A stretch of 56,587 bases of DNA, filler included, from Dugesia japonica (lineage: Eukaryota), in the NCBI GenBank assembly GCA_001938525.1. It is 6 parts of 6 records of this genome, joined end to end, with 100 filler letters (N's around TTAATTAATTAA, not from the genome) between each part and the next. Parts side by side here need not be neighbours in the genome. Positions count along the whole stretch, not along the records: positions 1 to 8,705 come from MQRL01638865.1; positions 8,806 to 18,978 come from MQRL01640155.1; 4 more parts are not named here. One strand, 5' to 3'. The notes beneath the pieces were generated by a model. That model was not told the DNA's origin and did not search any database. It saw only the letters and a list, made by a program, of their open reading frames with translations. Of this stretch, positions 1-13,689 are shown one piece after another (the stretch's first letter is position 1; the number at the start of each line of letters is the position of its first letter). The translations under genes and the position numbers were made by a program.

Positions 1-840
1 ATTCAACATGTGTCCAGATGCACAATTACGCATTCTCAATAAGAACAGATTAAGAAGTCATCCGGCTGTTAGCAAGCCGTTGGTCCATGATATGCAAAGG
101 AAAAGAAGATTGGAATGGGCGATATCTAAACAGCAATGGGATGTTGAAAAATGGGCACATGTTGTCTTCAGTGATGAATCATTGTTTCGCACATATAGTC
201 ATAGTCGCTCCTAAAGAATTAGACGGTTTCAGCATGAAAAATTAAGTCCTATTTGTACTAAGAAGGTTATTCAATATGGTGTGCAAATCCATGTTAAGGG
301 ATGCTTTTCACGATTCGGTGTAGGAATTTTGAAACGAATCAGGGTACGTTGAATTCTGAAACCTATCAAAACAAGATTGTTAATGACATTGACTTGGTTA
401 GCAAGTGCTTGGTCTTCCCTCTGCATTGGTTCATATTGCAGCATGACAATGCTCCTTGCCATCGATCTGAATCAACATTATCCTTTTTCAGTGAACGTCA
501 AATCGATATATTAAATTAGCCAGCGAATTCTCTGATGCCAATCCGATTGAAAATCTGTGGCATTTCATAAAGATCAAAATGAATGCCTTGGGACCTCTGA
601 ATGCTGATGAAATGTGGGCGGAGTTACAAAAAATATGGTATAATATACCCACTTCCTTTAGTCGCAGACTCGTTGATTTCATGCCACGAAGATTGTCCTC
701 TACCCTAACCCAACAAAATATTAATAAACTTACTATCGTTTGTAAATATAATGTTTCTTCCTTTTCCATTGGCTTTTCAAACAACTTTTCTGTAATTTTT
801 GTAATTTACATGGGTGCGAGCAGACTTTTGAAGCGGACTG
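1..840 (+). mobile_element. Tc1-like DNA transposon, 3' part (transposase pseudogene plus right end)
   Basis: Frameshifted motifs HVVFSDES, ILQHDNAPCHRS and *PANSxDANPIENLW. Ends ...GAAGCGGACTG|TA (a CAGT-type terminus plus TA) at 840-842. Confidence 0.85.
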
Positions 841-924
841 TAAATAAATATATATATATATATATAGACTGCCCTGAACATTTTAGACAACTCAAAAACA
901 TAATTAACAATTTTTTGTATTAGA

Positions 925-1195
925 AATGATTACATTGTGATCTGGACAAAATGCAGATTCAGCAAGATGATGCAACATGTCGTACATTTCGTGCCGCAAT
1001 CCAATTATTGGAGAAAGGTTCACTGATCGTTTAATCTCAAGAAAGGCCGATGTGAACTGGTCACCAAGATCATGCTATATAATTCCATTGGACTTCTTTC
1101 TCAGGGATTAAGTGAAATAATTTCTTTACACCCAGAAAACACAAAACTTTATGACCTGAAAACCAACATCGATCGTGTTATTGGCATCTTATGTA
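925..1195 (+). pseudogene. DD37D/maT-like (Tc3-related) transposase C-terminal fragment
   Basis: Translates QIQQDDATCRT and LISRKADVNWSPRSCYIIPLDFFL, matching the WFQQDGA / WPPRSCDLTPLDFFLW motifs. Confidence 0.7.
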
Positions 1196-1321
1196 ACCAA
1201 TTTTAAAAGATTATTTAGTGAAATTAGTCAACCAAGTGTTCATCTAAAATATCGAAATATTACACTTAAGTTCAAATGAGATTATTTTGAGAATAAACAC
1301 AACTGAGGTTTAATGACAATA

Positions 1322-2281
1322 TTAAGTTGGTAAAAAAGGAATTTCAGTTTTTACATAGTTGAAGTTTATTATTTCATATTTGTTTAAATGTTTTAAAATT
1401 TAATATCATATTACATATTATTTGAAATAGTTATTACCGCTCAATATTTTGATAACATTTTTTATGAATATATTATTTTCGTAATTAATCAACGATGAAA
1501 AATAATGAACTTCACGGAATTTTTGGTATGAGTATAAAAGAGGTCAGAAAGTAACAGTGACAGCTTTTAGCAAAAAAGCTGCAAACGAAGGCACAGTGCA
1601 ATGGTGGTTCACACGGTTTAGAAGTGGAGACGAGAGCCTTTAAGACTTAGAGCACGATAGCCAACCACCAGTAGTTGACAACGACAATTTGAAAACAATT
1701 CAGCAAACAACAATACGAGGCAAAACACATTTGAAAGTTCTGATCCACCCTTAAGCACTTGGAAAATGGAAAAAATTCAACAAATGGGTCTCGCGCGAAT
1801 TTAATAAAAACCAAATAAATTGCCGTCATGAAATATCATCAACTCTGCTTCTGTTTAAGAGAAACGACCCGTTTCTTGACCACATTGTGATGTGAGATCA
1901 GAAGTTTATCCTCTACGACAACCGACGACGATCGACTCAGTGGTTGGATTGTGATGAAGTAACGAAACACTTTCACAAACCGGAATTTTATTAAAAGAAG
2001 ATAATGGTGTTCATTTGATGATCCCAAGCCGGTCTAATTCATTGAAGTTTCGTGAATCTAACCCACAGATTATTATTTCTTTAAGAATTTTAACAGTTTC
2101 CTGCTCCAGAAATTCTTCAAAAACCATGATGATTATGAAACAACTTTCATCGAGTTCGTCGTTGGAAAAAATGTGTAGATAGTAATAGATTTCATTTCAA
2201 TTAATAAACTTTATTATGAAATAAGTTATTTGCTTTTAAAGTTAACTGTTAAAAACTAAAATTATATTTTTACTAATTTAA
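1322..2281 (+). mobile_element. Mariner element, internally deleted, with TIRs and TA target duplication
   Basis: Left end TA|TTAAGTTGGTAAAAAAGGAATTTCAGTTTTTA matches the reverse complement of the right end (TTAAATTAGTAAAAATATAATTTTAGTTTTTA), followed by TA at 2282-2283. Motifs TVQWWFTRFRSGDESL, NDPFLDHIVM and ILYDNRRRSTQWLD. Confidence 0.85.
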
Positions 2282-2431
2282 TACCTCAGTAAAATTACTC
2301 ACAGAAATATATTTTTATTCTCAATTTTTGATTTTTTAAAAATACAATAGCCGTCTACTTATTACAATGATTAATTAAGCTCTTTATTATTTAAATTTCA
2401 TTTTTTAAATTAAATATATATATATATATTT

Positions 2432-3325
2432 ACTACCAACAGAAAGTTTGAGGCAGGTAATAAATTCTTAAAATTGATAATAAATAAACTTTTTCAAATA
2501 TGATTTGTACTTTAATGGATGTGTGTACAGATACTAATAAATATTAAACATTTTTTATTATTAATTTTTAATTATAAGTGATACTTTATTAAATCGTTTG
2601 ATTCGTCAAAATATCCTCGTTCATTCTTTATTACAGTGGCACAGATCTTTGACATATGATTAATTAATTTACGCAGTTGATTCGGGCTGTATTGCATTCT
2701 TGCAATATGTGCCAAAAGTTTTCTAAAGAAGATGACTGCTCTTCTCGCACATTTTTGCCAAGTTACACCCACAGCAACTCGATCGGATTGAGATCTGGTG
2801 ACTGTGGTGGTCATTTCATTATTTTTAGTACTTTTTGGCCTTGAAGATCTCCTAAATAGCTTTTGCAAAATTTGCTAGTATGTTTCGGATCATTATCATG
2901 CATAAAAACATATTGATTCGAAAAATAATCTCTCACCAGACGGCAGTTCTTGTCGTTCCAAAATGTCCCTATAAATTTCTTTCGTCATAATTCTGTGTGT
3001 GAACCCAACATTTTCTCAACCAAAACATTCTCAGTGACAGACCAACCTTCATGTTTTACAGTTGGCACCAAACATTCTTCTGAGTATCTTTCTCCTGCAT
3101 ATCTTCGAACGAAAACAGGTCGTTTTGAACCAAAAATTTCGAATTTGGACTCATCCATTCAAAGCACGTTTTTTTCATTGTTCAATTGACCATTGTTAAC
3201 GTCTTCTAGCCTGGTTAAGTCTTTTAGCCAAATTGCTTCAGTCGATTTTCGATAGTCAGAGTGCTAATTTTAATATCGTTAAACTGATAAATTTATACAC
3301 TGCCTCCAACCATCTGTCGATAGTA
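2432..3325 (-). mobile_element. Tc1-like element, deleted, with TIRs
   Basis: TACTACCAACAGAAAGTTTGAGGCA at 2432 matches the reverse complement of TGCCTCCAACCATCTGTCGATAGTA ending at 3325. Minus-strand motifs MDESKFEIFGSKR, MHDNDPKHTSK and PPQSPDLNPIELLW. Confidence 0.85.
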
Positions 3326-3363
3326 TATATATATATAAACACAATTTTTTAAAACATTTATTC

Positions 3364-3404
3364 GTAAGACATGTTTCGGACAAATCTATGCCCATCATCA
3401 GTTA
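3364..3404 (-). ncRNA. Second, inverted copy of the Penelope hammerhead
   Basis: Reverse complement reads TAA-CTGATGA-T-GGGCA(TAGATT)TGTCC-GAAA-CATG-TC-TTAC. The single A>G change gives a G-U wobble in stem II. Confidence 0.75.
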
Positions 3405-5000
3405 TGGTATGGAAGTCAGTTTGCAAAGCTTTATGGCTTACCAAAAGTACATAAGCCTGATGCCCCTTTAAGACCGGTTTTATCAATGATAAACACAGCG
3501 CAATACAAAGTTACTAAAGTACTTGACAAAATGCTTAAACCATTAATATGTAATGAAAGAGAATTTAAGGATACTTTTGAAATCGTAAATTGCTTAAAAA
3601 ATAAAAAACTGATCTCAGATAAGGAAATTATGGTTTTATTTGATATAGTTAGTCTGTTCACAAACGTTCCTATAAATGAGACTATCAATATTTGTGTTGA
3701 CCTCGGGGAAAATCATTACGCAAATTTAAACTATAAATTTGATGAAACAGCTATGAAGGAACTGTTGGCATTTTACTGTAAAGATGTTAAATTTTTATTT
3801 AATAATGATTGATTCACTCAGAAAGATGGTGTTGCAATGGGTTCTCACTTGGCACCGAGATTAGCATCATTAGTTTTGTCTACAATGGAGTCACGAATTA
3901 ATAATTTTTCCGAAAATCAACCCATAGAATACAAAACATACGTAGATGATATCTTCTTTATTTTTAAAGAACAAGATGATATACTACCTTTCCTTGAATA
4001 TATGAACAGTCTTCATCAAAATATGAAATTCACTATAGAAGTTGAAAAAGAAGGTAAACAACCATTCTTAGATGTTCTTGTTTGTAGACAGGATTGCAAC
4101 TATAATACTTCACTTTATAAAAACCAACCGACACAGGGCTTTATACCACTCCTAAAAGTTTTTATGATGATCGATATAAGAATAGATTAATAAAAGGTTT
4201 GGTTCATCGAATGTGGTGTATATCATCAAGCTTTAAGATTGGTGATGATGGTCTTAACAAATTAGATAGTAGTCTTCAAGCTAATGGATATAATCAAAAG
4301 GTGATTTATAATAATATAAGGAGTACTCTAAACAAACAACTGCTCAATATCAAATAATGACCAAAAAGAAAACATTAGAAATAATAAAGAAAAAAAAGAA
4401 AAAATAACTATAAAACTACCATTCTTGGAAGCATCTAAATCATTAAAATGCTCTCTCATGAAATATTTTGATGATAATAAATTTAGATTCATTTTCACTT
4501 AACAGAAAACCTCAAGTTATTTAAGCAACAAATATATTACATCAAAAGCTTTACTCGAAAACTTAGTTTATCAATTTAATTGTAACGGGTGTGATGCCAC
4601 GTACATCGGAGAGACCAGACGTCATCTTCGTACACGTGTCAGCAAGCATATACAATTGAGTAGGAAAATTTCGGTTTTAGATCATGCCTGTTGCTGCAAA
4701 AATAAAAAAGGCAAAATAAGCATTGANNNNNNNNNNNNNNNNNNNNNNNNNNNNNNNNNNNNNNNNNNNNNNNNNNCAAAATAAGCATTGATGAGTTTAC
4801 AGTTTTGAACAGCGGTTTTGGTAACTATTTTGAAAGAATTGCGTGTGAGGGTTTGAGAATTGGGTTTCATAATCCGATTCTTAATACTCAAATGGACGCA
4901 CATTCACTTTTAAATTTATTTTAATCTTATTTTATTGGATTGATTACGCAACAGGTTTTATTGGGCAGTATATAAACAATTTCCTTCTTATTTTACCGCA

Positions 5001-5042
5001 GTAACTGATGATGGACATAGATTTGTCCGAAACATGTCTTAC
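5001..5042 (+). ncRNA. Minimal type I hammerhead ribozyme in the Penelope 3' repeat
   Basis: GTAA-CTGATGA-T-GGACA(TAGATT)TGTCC-GAAA-CATG-TC-TTAC: intact core, stem I GTAA/TTAC, 5-bp stem II, palindromic mini stem III, GUC cleavage site. Confidence 0.85.
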
Positions 5043-5288
5043 GAATAAATGTTTTAAAAATTTGCGTTTTTTATTTTATTAAGATCAAAGCAATTTGTTC
5101 AATATGTTTTTGAATATATATATATATATATATATTTATTTATTTATTTAAAAGTAATTAACATCGACAAATTACTTTCAAGGAAAAACATCTAAGCTTA
5201 ATAAGAAATTTTGAAAGTTTAAATGAAATGAAACTATTAAAATATTTGATTTTTGTGGATATATTTGGAAAATATATTTATATATTAC

Positions 5289-8200
5289 CAAAGATTGACA
5301 ACACAATGCGGCGAGCAAAACTAGAGAACCATTCCATTGTACCCATTCAATCATCAAAGGTAGCATGAAACTCAAAATACAAGAACCAATACCACTTCCA
5401 CATAGAGCTATACCGATAGCGACAGCTCGTTTTTGATTAAACCAATGAGCTACTATTGCAATTGCTGGTAAATACATGAGTCCACATCCAATACCTGATT
5501 TAAAATTTCCAATATTTATTATGGTTAATGTTAATAGATTTCTAAAATAATTTTAATAAACAAATTTCTTTACCAAATAAAAAATAGATTTATATATTTA
5601 CGGTTTTGATTTTGTTTATAAAAAATTAATAAAGACACCGATACATATTTCTAATCCAAAATTTATCAAATATACCAATAATATAATATTGAACATAATA
5701 AAAGAAAGGTCAAAACGGTAATTATCATAATAAGGTTTGATTGAGATCATCACACATTAAGACTAAGTGTATCACACTGTTGTAACGGAATGCATAATAA
5801 TTAATTTTTGCACTAATTTTAATATATCTTGTCAAAAATTATGGTACAGATCCATGATTTTAGTGGATTTCAGATTTTTTACTTATTGAAACTTAATTAA
5901 GTAATTCGTCAAATGTCGCTTTTAATAAATTATCTTCTTTTATTGGCATAATCTGGATCAACAGGTGCAATAACTGATATGACGATGACATTAATTAAAT
6001 TAATAATTTAATTAATATTATTAATTGAATTAACAACCAAAAGTTTATATTGCAAAGTCGATTTTAATGTTTTGATACGTTACACAATGTCTTAAAAACG
6101 CGAAGCTGTTTTTATAATGGACAATGTGAAATAGAGATTTGTGAAAGATGAATTTTCATTAATGTTTCTACCTCTATATTTATCGTTTAAGAACTCAATT
6201 GAAAATATGTTCAGTAAATCGAAAACATATGTTAAAAGAGAAAATCACGAAACGAACAATCTTCATTTAATCTGATTGGCAAACGTTCAGGGCTAAAAAC
6301 CACTAACGATTGTGAATGATTCTATAGGAACGTGTTTTCATACATACCTTGACGTTTTATTACTGAGATAATAAATACGTACGGTTATTTGATTGAATTA
6401 TATTACTTTAACCATAACATTTGCATCGGTCTTTGCTGAAAGATTTTCAGCATTGACATTTACTTTGAACGAATTTGTTAAAATAAAATGAAATTATGTT
6501 AAAGTCGAATGAGAAACTTTTTCTTAATATAAAGAAAGTTTAAATTCTGTTAATGATATTTAGTATAATCAAAAAACCCGTTTAATAGGCTAATGTAGAG
6601 AAGAAGTCAACTAACACCGTCTATATCTTCTTTGAATTCTTTAGAATTTTGTATATTTTATAATTTCAAAAAGTTGATGTCGCGCAATGTTGAATTATGC
6701 TTGTAGATATATGGAAAAATTGATATGGCATGTCAAATCTCTTCCTCTTTAAGTAATAGTTCTGTTTCATATTAACTGAGGTAAGAAGATATGGTTCTAA
6801 GTGTGGTTCTCATGAAGATTCTATTTTATTTTTACTATTTTGAAAATTTTGAATTGCATAATAATTAATAGTTAATTAATTATAATATTACATATAATTC
6901 TATAAAACGTTTTTATTAGTTATATTATTCAAAATCACATTAAATATTTAGGTGCATACTAATTTTATATTATTTAACAGTAATTATATGTTATTCTTAT
7001 TATCAAAGTTTTGCAATAATGGTTTGATTTCTTTAGCATAACTATATTCTCTTTGTAATAGAATATGCCATCATATTGATTAATTTAAAAGAAATTCGAC
7101 TACATGTTTCTTTTCGTGTAATTAAATAAGATAAAGTGGCTCTTGAAACCAAAAATTTATAGATCCCATGCGCACCCAGTAATGGTAAAACATTATTTTG
7201 GCTTGTGAAAACTGTTAAATTCGTAAATTTACAACAATTAGATAAAAGTAAAATATTATTGAAATTAAATATCGAATAAATTTTAAACAAATTAAATAAA
7301 TATATTATTTTTTTAATAAATATAATTAATTTATAATATTAATTTTAATTTCTTTTTTTTTAAATATAAATCCCACATATTTACGAATTACCAACGCTAA
7401 CATAAACAACACAGGTAATATTTACTATAGACGACTTTTGATACATATTTTATTAAAGTTTTAAATAATCTAAATTCTATAACTTGTATTACTTAACTTT
7501 ATGCACCGATTAAAATGTGAAAAGAAATTCAAATAAAAAAAATAAACAGAGTTAATAAAACTATGCATTAACATTTAATCACGGAATAATATGATAAATA
7601 ATATAATATATAATAAATAATATTATAATATGAATAATATAATATAGTAAATGATGTGATGTATCGTGAGCTTGTATCTTTTGGGTACAGAACCTGATAC
7701 ACTTTGTAACAATAATGTTTGTTTATATTTGAAATACCATTTCCTTTATAAATAAAATTTATAAATACCATTTCCTTTCCAATATTGACAATGTAGTTCA
7801 TAATGTCAATCCTCAACAAAGTTCATAGTTCTAGATATTTCTTCACAGGCAGTTTCATAATGATGAAAAGTAAAAAAATAAAAAAGTAATGGATTTAAAA
7901 ATCGAATTTTGTGCAAATTTCATTTACTTTTCGGTTCATATTTTGTGTAAAATAAAAATATCAGCCCATAGCGTTAGTGTGATTAGATTTCGTGAGATTA
8001 ATTATCAAAAAACCAATAAGATTTCTCAGAAATTGAATAAAAAATATCACATTTGTTTGTTTATAATTTTTATTGAATTTTAATTTACTTTACTATAAAA
8101 ATCTAATTCTCGTTATTTTCAAAGAATAAATAATTGTTAAAATGTTTCACAAATATTCCCTATTTAAATTACTTACTCCATCCCAGAAAAAGTAGATTAT

Positions 8201-8526
8201 TAAAAAAATTAAAAAACTAAGAATATTTGTATTATTCAAATATATACGAGATAAAATGNAATTACATAAAATGNTAATATTAATCATTTATAATTAAAAT
8301 TAAATTTATTAAATCCACTTTTAGTATGGGATGGAGTTAGTATAATAGTAAAAAATAAGTTAATTGTTTAACAGAAACTCACCACTAAAAACTCCAAAAA
8401 ATAAAATAAATAACAGATACGAATTACAAAAAGAACTGATCAATAAAGAAATTGTTGTACAAATACTTCCAATCATTGCAACAAATCGATATCCGAAATA
8501 ATTAGCTAGTGGATTAGCTAATGGAC
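5289..8526 (-). CDS. SLC16/monocarboxylate transporter-like MFS protein, two internal exons (8526-8383, 5494-5289)
   Basis: Exons join in phase with TAG/GTGAGT and CAG/GTAATA splice sites: GPLANPLANYFGYRFVAMIGS...FGVFSG|IGCGLMYLPAIAIVAHWFNQKRAVAIGIALCGSGIG. Confidence 0.88.
6090..6830. pseudogene. IS630/Tc1-like transposase remnants in the transporter intron
   Basis: Plus strand FIMDNVK and FLPLYLSFKNSIENMFSKSKTYVKR resemble LPPYSPFLNPIENMFSKWK. Heavily degraded; the right boundary is approximate. Confidence 0.5.
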
Positions 8527-8705
8527 CTAAATAAATTTCAAATATTTAAATGAATATTTATTTTTTCTAAAATAATAATAATAATAATTAATTCATTTAA
8601 TATAAAAGCTTTGATCAAAATTTAGGTTTTAATTATTGATGTAGAAGATAAGGTCGAAATATCGAATTGTTATCCAATATCAATAATTAAAACCTAAATT
8701 TTGAT

Positions 8706-8805
8706 NNNNNNNNNNNNNNNNNNNNNNNNNNNNNNNNNNNNNNNNNNNNTTAATTAATTAANNNNNNNNNNNNNNNNNNNNNNNNNNNNNNNNNNNNNNN
8801 NNNNN
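8706..8805. other. Artificial scaffold-joining spacer N44-TTAATTAATTAA-N44; same linker at 19023-19034, 28112-28123, 38247-38258, 47469-47480
   Basis: An identical 12-mer with stops in all six frames is embedded in N runs five times. Confidence 0.95.
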
Positions 8806-9565
8806 GAGCATATATATATAAAGATTACCCATACCATGCATAAATATATAGACTGCCCATAACATGCATAAATTTCTTGAATTATTATATTAAAAAAAAT
8901 CAAGACTGCCCATATCTTGTAATAATATCGTAAAAAATATCAAGACTGCTCATATCTTGTAATAATATCCTAAAAAATATCAAGACTGCCCCATTTCATA
9001 GATAAATAAATTAATTTAATTAATTTAATTAAATTAAATTTAATTTAATTTAATTATATTAAAAAGATTTCCGCCCCAACCCCCAAAAAAATATTAAAAT
9101 TTTATTTACCAACAAAATTCTAGCTTTAATTACAACAAAAAAAATTTAATTAGTTAAAACAAACAATTTTCATAAATTAAAACAAAAAAAGTTCAATTAT
9201 TAAAATAAAAAAATTCCATTAATTAAAACAAAAAAAAACAATTAAAACAAAATTCCCTCTTAAAAAAAAAGTTAAAAAAAGATTAAAACAAAAGGATTAA
9301 AAAAAGGTAAAAAAAAAGATTAAAATAAAAATAAAGATTAAAAAAATTGATCCGATCAAAAAATTCTGACCAAAAAAGAAAACTGATCCGATCAAAAAAA
9401 ACTGATCCGATCAAAAAAAAATTTGATCCCAAAAATCTTAGAAAAAAAACAAGCCAAAAATTAAAGGACAAAAAAACGCAGCTCAAGCGTAATGTGTTTT
9501 CGACCCCCTCCCGGGGGGTCCCGCGATAACTGCTTTAAAAAAATTGCCGCAATGCGCTACTATCC
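8806..9565. repeat. Element end with subterminal tandem repeats, terminating in ...GCGCTACTATCC
   Basis: About three copies of a 40-bp unit (CAAGACTGCCCATATCTTGTAATAATATC...) at 8901-8990 and several TGATCCGATCAAAAAA units at 9347-9430. The terminus matches GGATAGTAGCGCATTG at 49034. Confidence 0.6.
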
Positions 9566-12500
9566 CCCTACTCTTAAAAAGTATAATTGATTGTTCTCTT
9601 AAAGAAAATCATCTCATACTTGAAGTAATTTCTTAGTTTTTCACACTCTAATACTAGTGTAGGATATTTTTCCTTGGTGAGAGTTTCAATCATCTTCATT
9701 TTGAAATAATGAATAAAAGATTCAGTTTATTTAGGTTTTAAAGCCAGTGTGTATTAATTAAATACATTGATACGTTTAAACAATTGATTCTAGAACATTC
9801 TTAAAGAAACTATTTAAAAATAAAATTATTTTAAATCAAATTAAATTAATTTGAATTATTAAAGTTTAATTTACTTGTTTTTTCTATATAACTTTTTATG
9901 TATAAGGTTTGTTGATTTTTAACCGTGTTATTCGTCCTCATCGTAAAATATTTTATCCAATAGAATCAATTTCAATGAAGTTTGAGTTACCTTTGACATT
10001 TTCAAAAAATAATATCTGGAAGACAGCTGTACATATCCGTTAGGAAGCATTTTAACTTTGCACAGTCACTATTTTCTTATTAGTAACATACTCCCAAATT
10101 TAAGTCTATAGCAGTTCTCTGTGCACAGAGATCTGAGCGCTTAATTCTGAATTTTGAGATTTCTGCATCACTAAACAATATTTAATCGAGTAATACCCTT
10201 GTCAATTTTATGTTAACATATTTGGAATCAGCGAAAATTTCTCTAAAACTTTATATTGACCTATTTGAGAAGGAAAACATTTTCGAAAAGGTTTAATTTA
10301 TGAAAAATGATAGCCGTAAGTAGTTTGATATAAAAATCTTTGAAATCTGAGATATAGAAAATATTTTTCAAAGCTTTAGACTGTTCCTAAAAAATTTTCA
10401 TTTTAAAAATTTAAAATTTTCATATTATTTAAATAACATAAACAATTTGCTCGGATTTCTGTAAAAAATTCCTATAAAAAATTTTCCCACCCTAAAAAAG
10501 CCTAAAGAATTTTCGCCGCTAAAACCACAGGAAAATACAGAACCACTTAATCACATTTCGTAATATGCCATCATTTTCTAAATTCTCAACTAAATGCATT
10601 AGGATTATGTTTCGTTACATCATTAATTCTCGTGGGGTATTGAATGTGTGCTGGCTATGACAACCACTATCTACCTACTAATGATGAATAGATGAGACCA
10701 TTAACTAAATAATCAATAGGTAAATGATTATAGCGAGTATTGTGTATGCTAAGACTTAATGATAGTGAGAGTTGTAAACTATGACTTAAGCCTTATGATA
10801 GTGAATATTATGATAAGTATGATTAATAGTAGGATAACACACATGAGATAAAATGAACCTATGTTTTCAAAGATTTTATTATATTAAGATGAAAATATAT
10901 GAACAATTGAAAGTACATTTGATTAAATGAACAATTGCTGGATTTTATGATTAATAAAGTACCATTATGATAAACTCATAGAAAAGTAAAATTTAACTGT
11001 TCTCTGAATGAATTATTAACATTTAAAATAAATTTTTAATAAGAAATAATATGAATAAATATCATAAAGACATGAAACCTGGTAATATTAGAATTATTAT
11101 TACAATTAGAACTATAAATTATAATGTAGAGCAACTACTAAGAAAAATGGTTAATTAAATGTATCCAGTTTTATGGTCTTATATTTTATTATAAAAACAT
11201 ATATTTTCATGATAAATCCAATATTTTCAGGATAATACCCATATTTATCATCAAACCTATATTTTCAATGTTGAGATCAATACTGTTAATGTTGAATTAA
11301 GTACTTTTAATGACAGACCCGTATTTTCTACGTTTAACTGTTATTTTCTATCAATGTTACTGATAATTTATATTTAAAAGAAAACGAAACCTATAAAAGC
11401 AAAGAGCATGCAGAATTGCCAATGAACAAGTAAGGAACCAAGGAGCAAGCAAAGAAACAAAAGGATAATCAGATGATGAAAATATACTGAAATAATTATA
11501 ATTTTGTAAATAAGAATCATGTAATACTAGTTTTTACTCAGTATATTACTCATTTTATCACTATGTCACACTTAAGGTTAAAACTCAAAAAATAATTTAT
11601 AAATTAAGGTAAAACAAGAAAGAATATGAAAAATAAGAGTAAAATAGTGTAAATAGAGGTAAATGTTGGAAATGACTAAAGATATGGCAAAATGTTGCAA
11701 AACGTGACATAAAGTGTATAAATTAAGCATATTAAATGACTAATTAATTAGTGACTAGATTTACTCTATTAAATATGTTTTATGTCCAAACTCATATTTT
11801 CTATGATAAGTCTGTTATTTTTCAATAACGAAATCAGATAATAATTTATAAGTTATTGTTAAAAGATTGATTTTACTAACAATGTTACTAATAATTAGGT
11901 ATTTAAAAAGAAAGAAAAAACCGACAAAACTAAGGTGCACGCAAGGAAACCAAAACAAATAGTAAGCATATAATTAATGATTTTATTGAAAAGAATACTT
12001 ATATTTCACAAAATAAAACCCATATTGAACTGAAATTGTAATGGAATCAATCCTTTATCCAATAAAATAAACCATGAGTTATTATATGGTAAAATACTGC
12101 AAAGTATAGGGAAATTGAGCAAAATATGGTAAATATTGTAAAATTTGGCAAAATGGTATATTAATCGGAAAACAATGGGCAAAAATTGCCAAAATACGGT
12201 CAAAAATATGGTAAAAAAATTGGGTAGATATGGTAAAACAGGTTAAAACAAAAGAAATTAAGAGAGAAACGTTAAAAATTTAAACCAATAAATAACTATA
12301 AAATCATATAGAAACCATGGAAATCATGTGACTCCTCCGAGGAATATTAATAACTATGCTTGATAATCAGATAAAAATAACCATTAAATAATAAACACAT
12401 AATAATACAACAAAGTAATGGCTAATATTTTTTCAATATCTTATCATTTCCTCTTGAATTTTAATAAAATCTTCAATTATTTGTTTGAGGATTACAAACT

Positions 12501-13689
12501 TGACTTTTCGCATAACCAAAGTCCATTTTCTACATCATTGTTATAAACTTTAATTACAGATTTACTATATATTCGAAAACAATCATAGACTTTGCTCCAA
12601 TATCTTTCTGGGTTCTCAGTATGTGATATTTTCTTTTTCCAAAATGGTTTTTATAATTTTTCAAAATTAATTAATTAGGTAATTAAAATAAACCATACTT
12701 TTCTCTTCAAGATATAAATATTCATTAGCTTCAGAATCAACATACCAATTTTCATCATCTGATTTCTCTTCAAAATCGAAATATTCATTTTAATTTTCGC
12801 TATTATTAGGCCATGACTAAAGCCAATAAAAAAATTGACCTCAATAAAGTTCACCGAATAAATTCTGAACCAAAAAGCTTGATAACATTTCTAACCACCT
12901 AAAAGGCAGAAACAATACTGCACCTTATAAACCTAAAAATGTTTCGCAACTAAATACACGGGAAAAACCAAATCAAATTACCGATTAATAAGCCTAAAGA
13001 TTTTTCCAAACTAAATACACAGGGAAATACTAAATCACTTAATCCTATTACATAAAAATCTCGACGATGAAATTAATCTAATAACATAACTTGTGTGCAA
13101 AATATTTTGCCAACTAAATGCATTAGGATTATGTTTCGTTACATCACTATTCCTTGGCGGGTACTGATTTTGTGTGGTGTACTTTGCCACTATCTATCAA
13201 AATATAACGGAAAAAAATTTTTTCCCAATATGTATTAACTAATTATTAATTATTGTTATTATATAAAAACAAATAAGTGCCACTGTGTAGATATTATTTC
13301 ATTAGATATTAAATAAGAGTCCCATCATAAAATTAGTCAACTGTGAGGCTATACATTACATAGTGGGTCATTAATTTTACAAAACAAATGTTGCTCAGAT
13401 ATCATCGTTTTCCAAACTTTTGTCCGTGAGCAGTATTTTACCAGTGAATAGTTTTCAAAGCGTTTTTGTTATAAGATGGTATGTGTGAATTATTTAGAGC
13501 AAAATACGTAAACTTTGTACATATCATTCATATATCATTAAAAATACAAAAATAAAATGAAATTATAATATAAATTGTAAATTACTAAAAAACATAGTAA
13601 AAATTGCTTTCAAACTGCGAATGAAAAAATCAAATCTGTGCTCAGGTCATTTACAATATATAAACATCTGAAAACAAGAAACTTTCGAT

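Larger units (their letters stand above)
3337..5105 (+). mobile_element. Penelope-like retroelement (RT + GIY-YIG), 5'-truncated, with inverted terminal repeat
   Basis: RT motifs LYGLPKVHKPDAPLRPVLS, FDIVSLFTNVP, QKDGVAMGSHLAP and YVDDIF. GIY-YIG motif LVYQFNCNGCDATYIGETRRHLRTR. 3340-3404 is the reverse complement of ~5002-5065. Flanked by (TA)n; contains stops and a frameshift. Confidence 0.92.

Noticed and set aside
8901-9430. Regularly spaced repeats resembling a CRISPR array
   Set aside because: Simple tandem units without unique spacers, no cas genes, and a eukaryotic context.
12420-12830. Minus-strand acidic coding-like stretch (EYFDFEEKSDDENWYVDSEANEY)
   Set aside because: Interrupted by stops with no recognisable family; cannot be supported as a gene.
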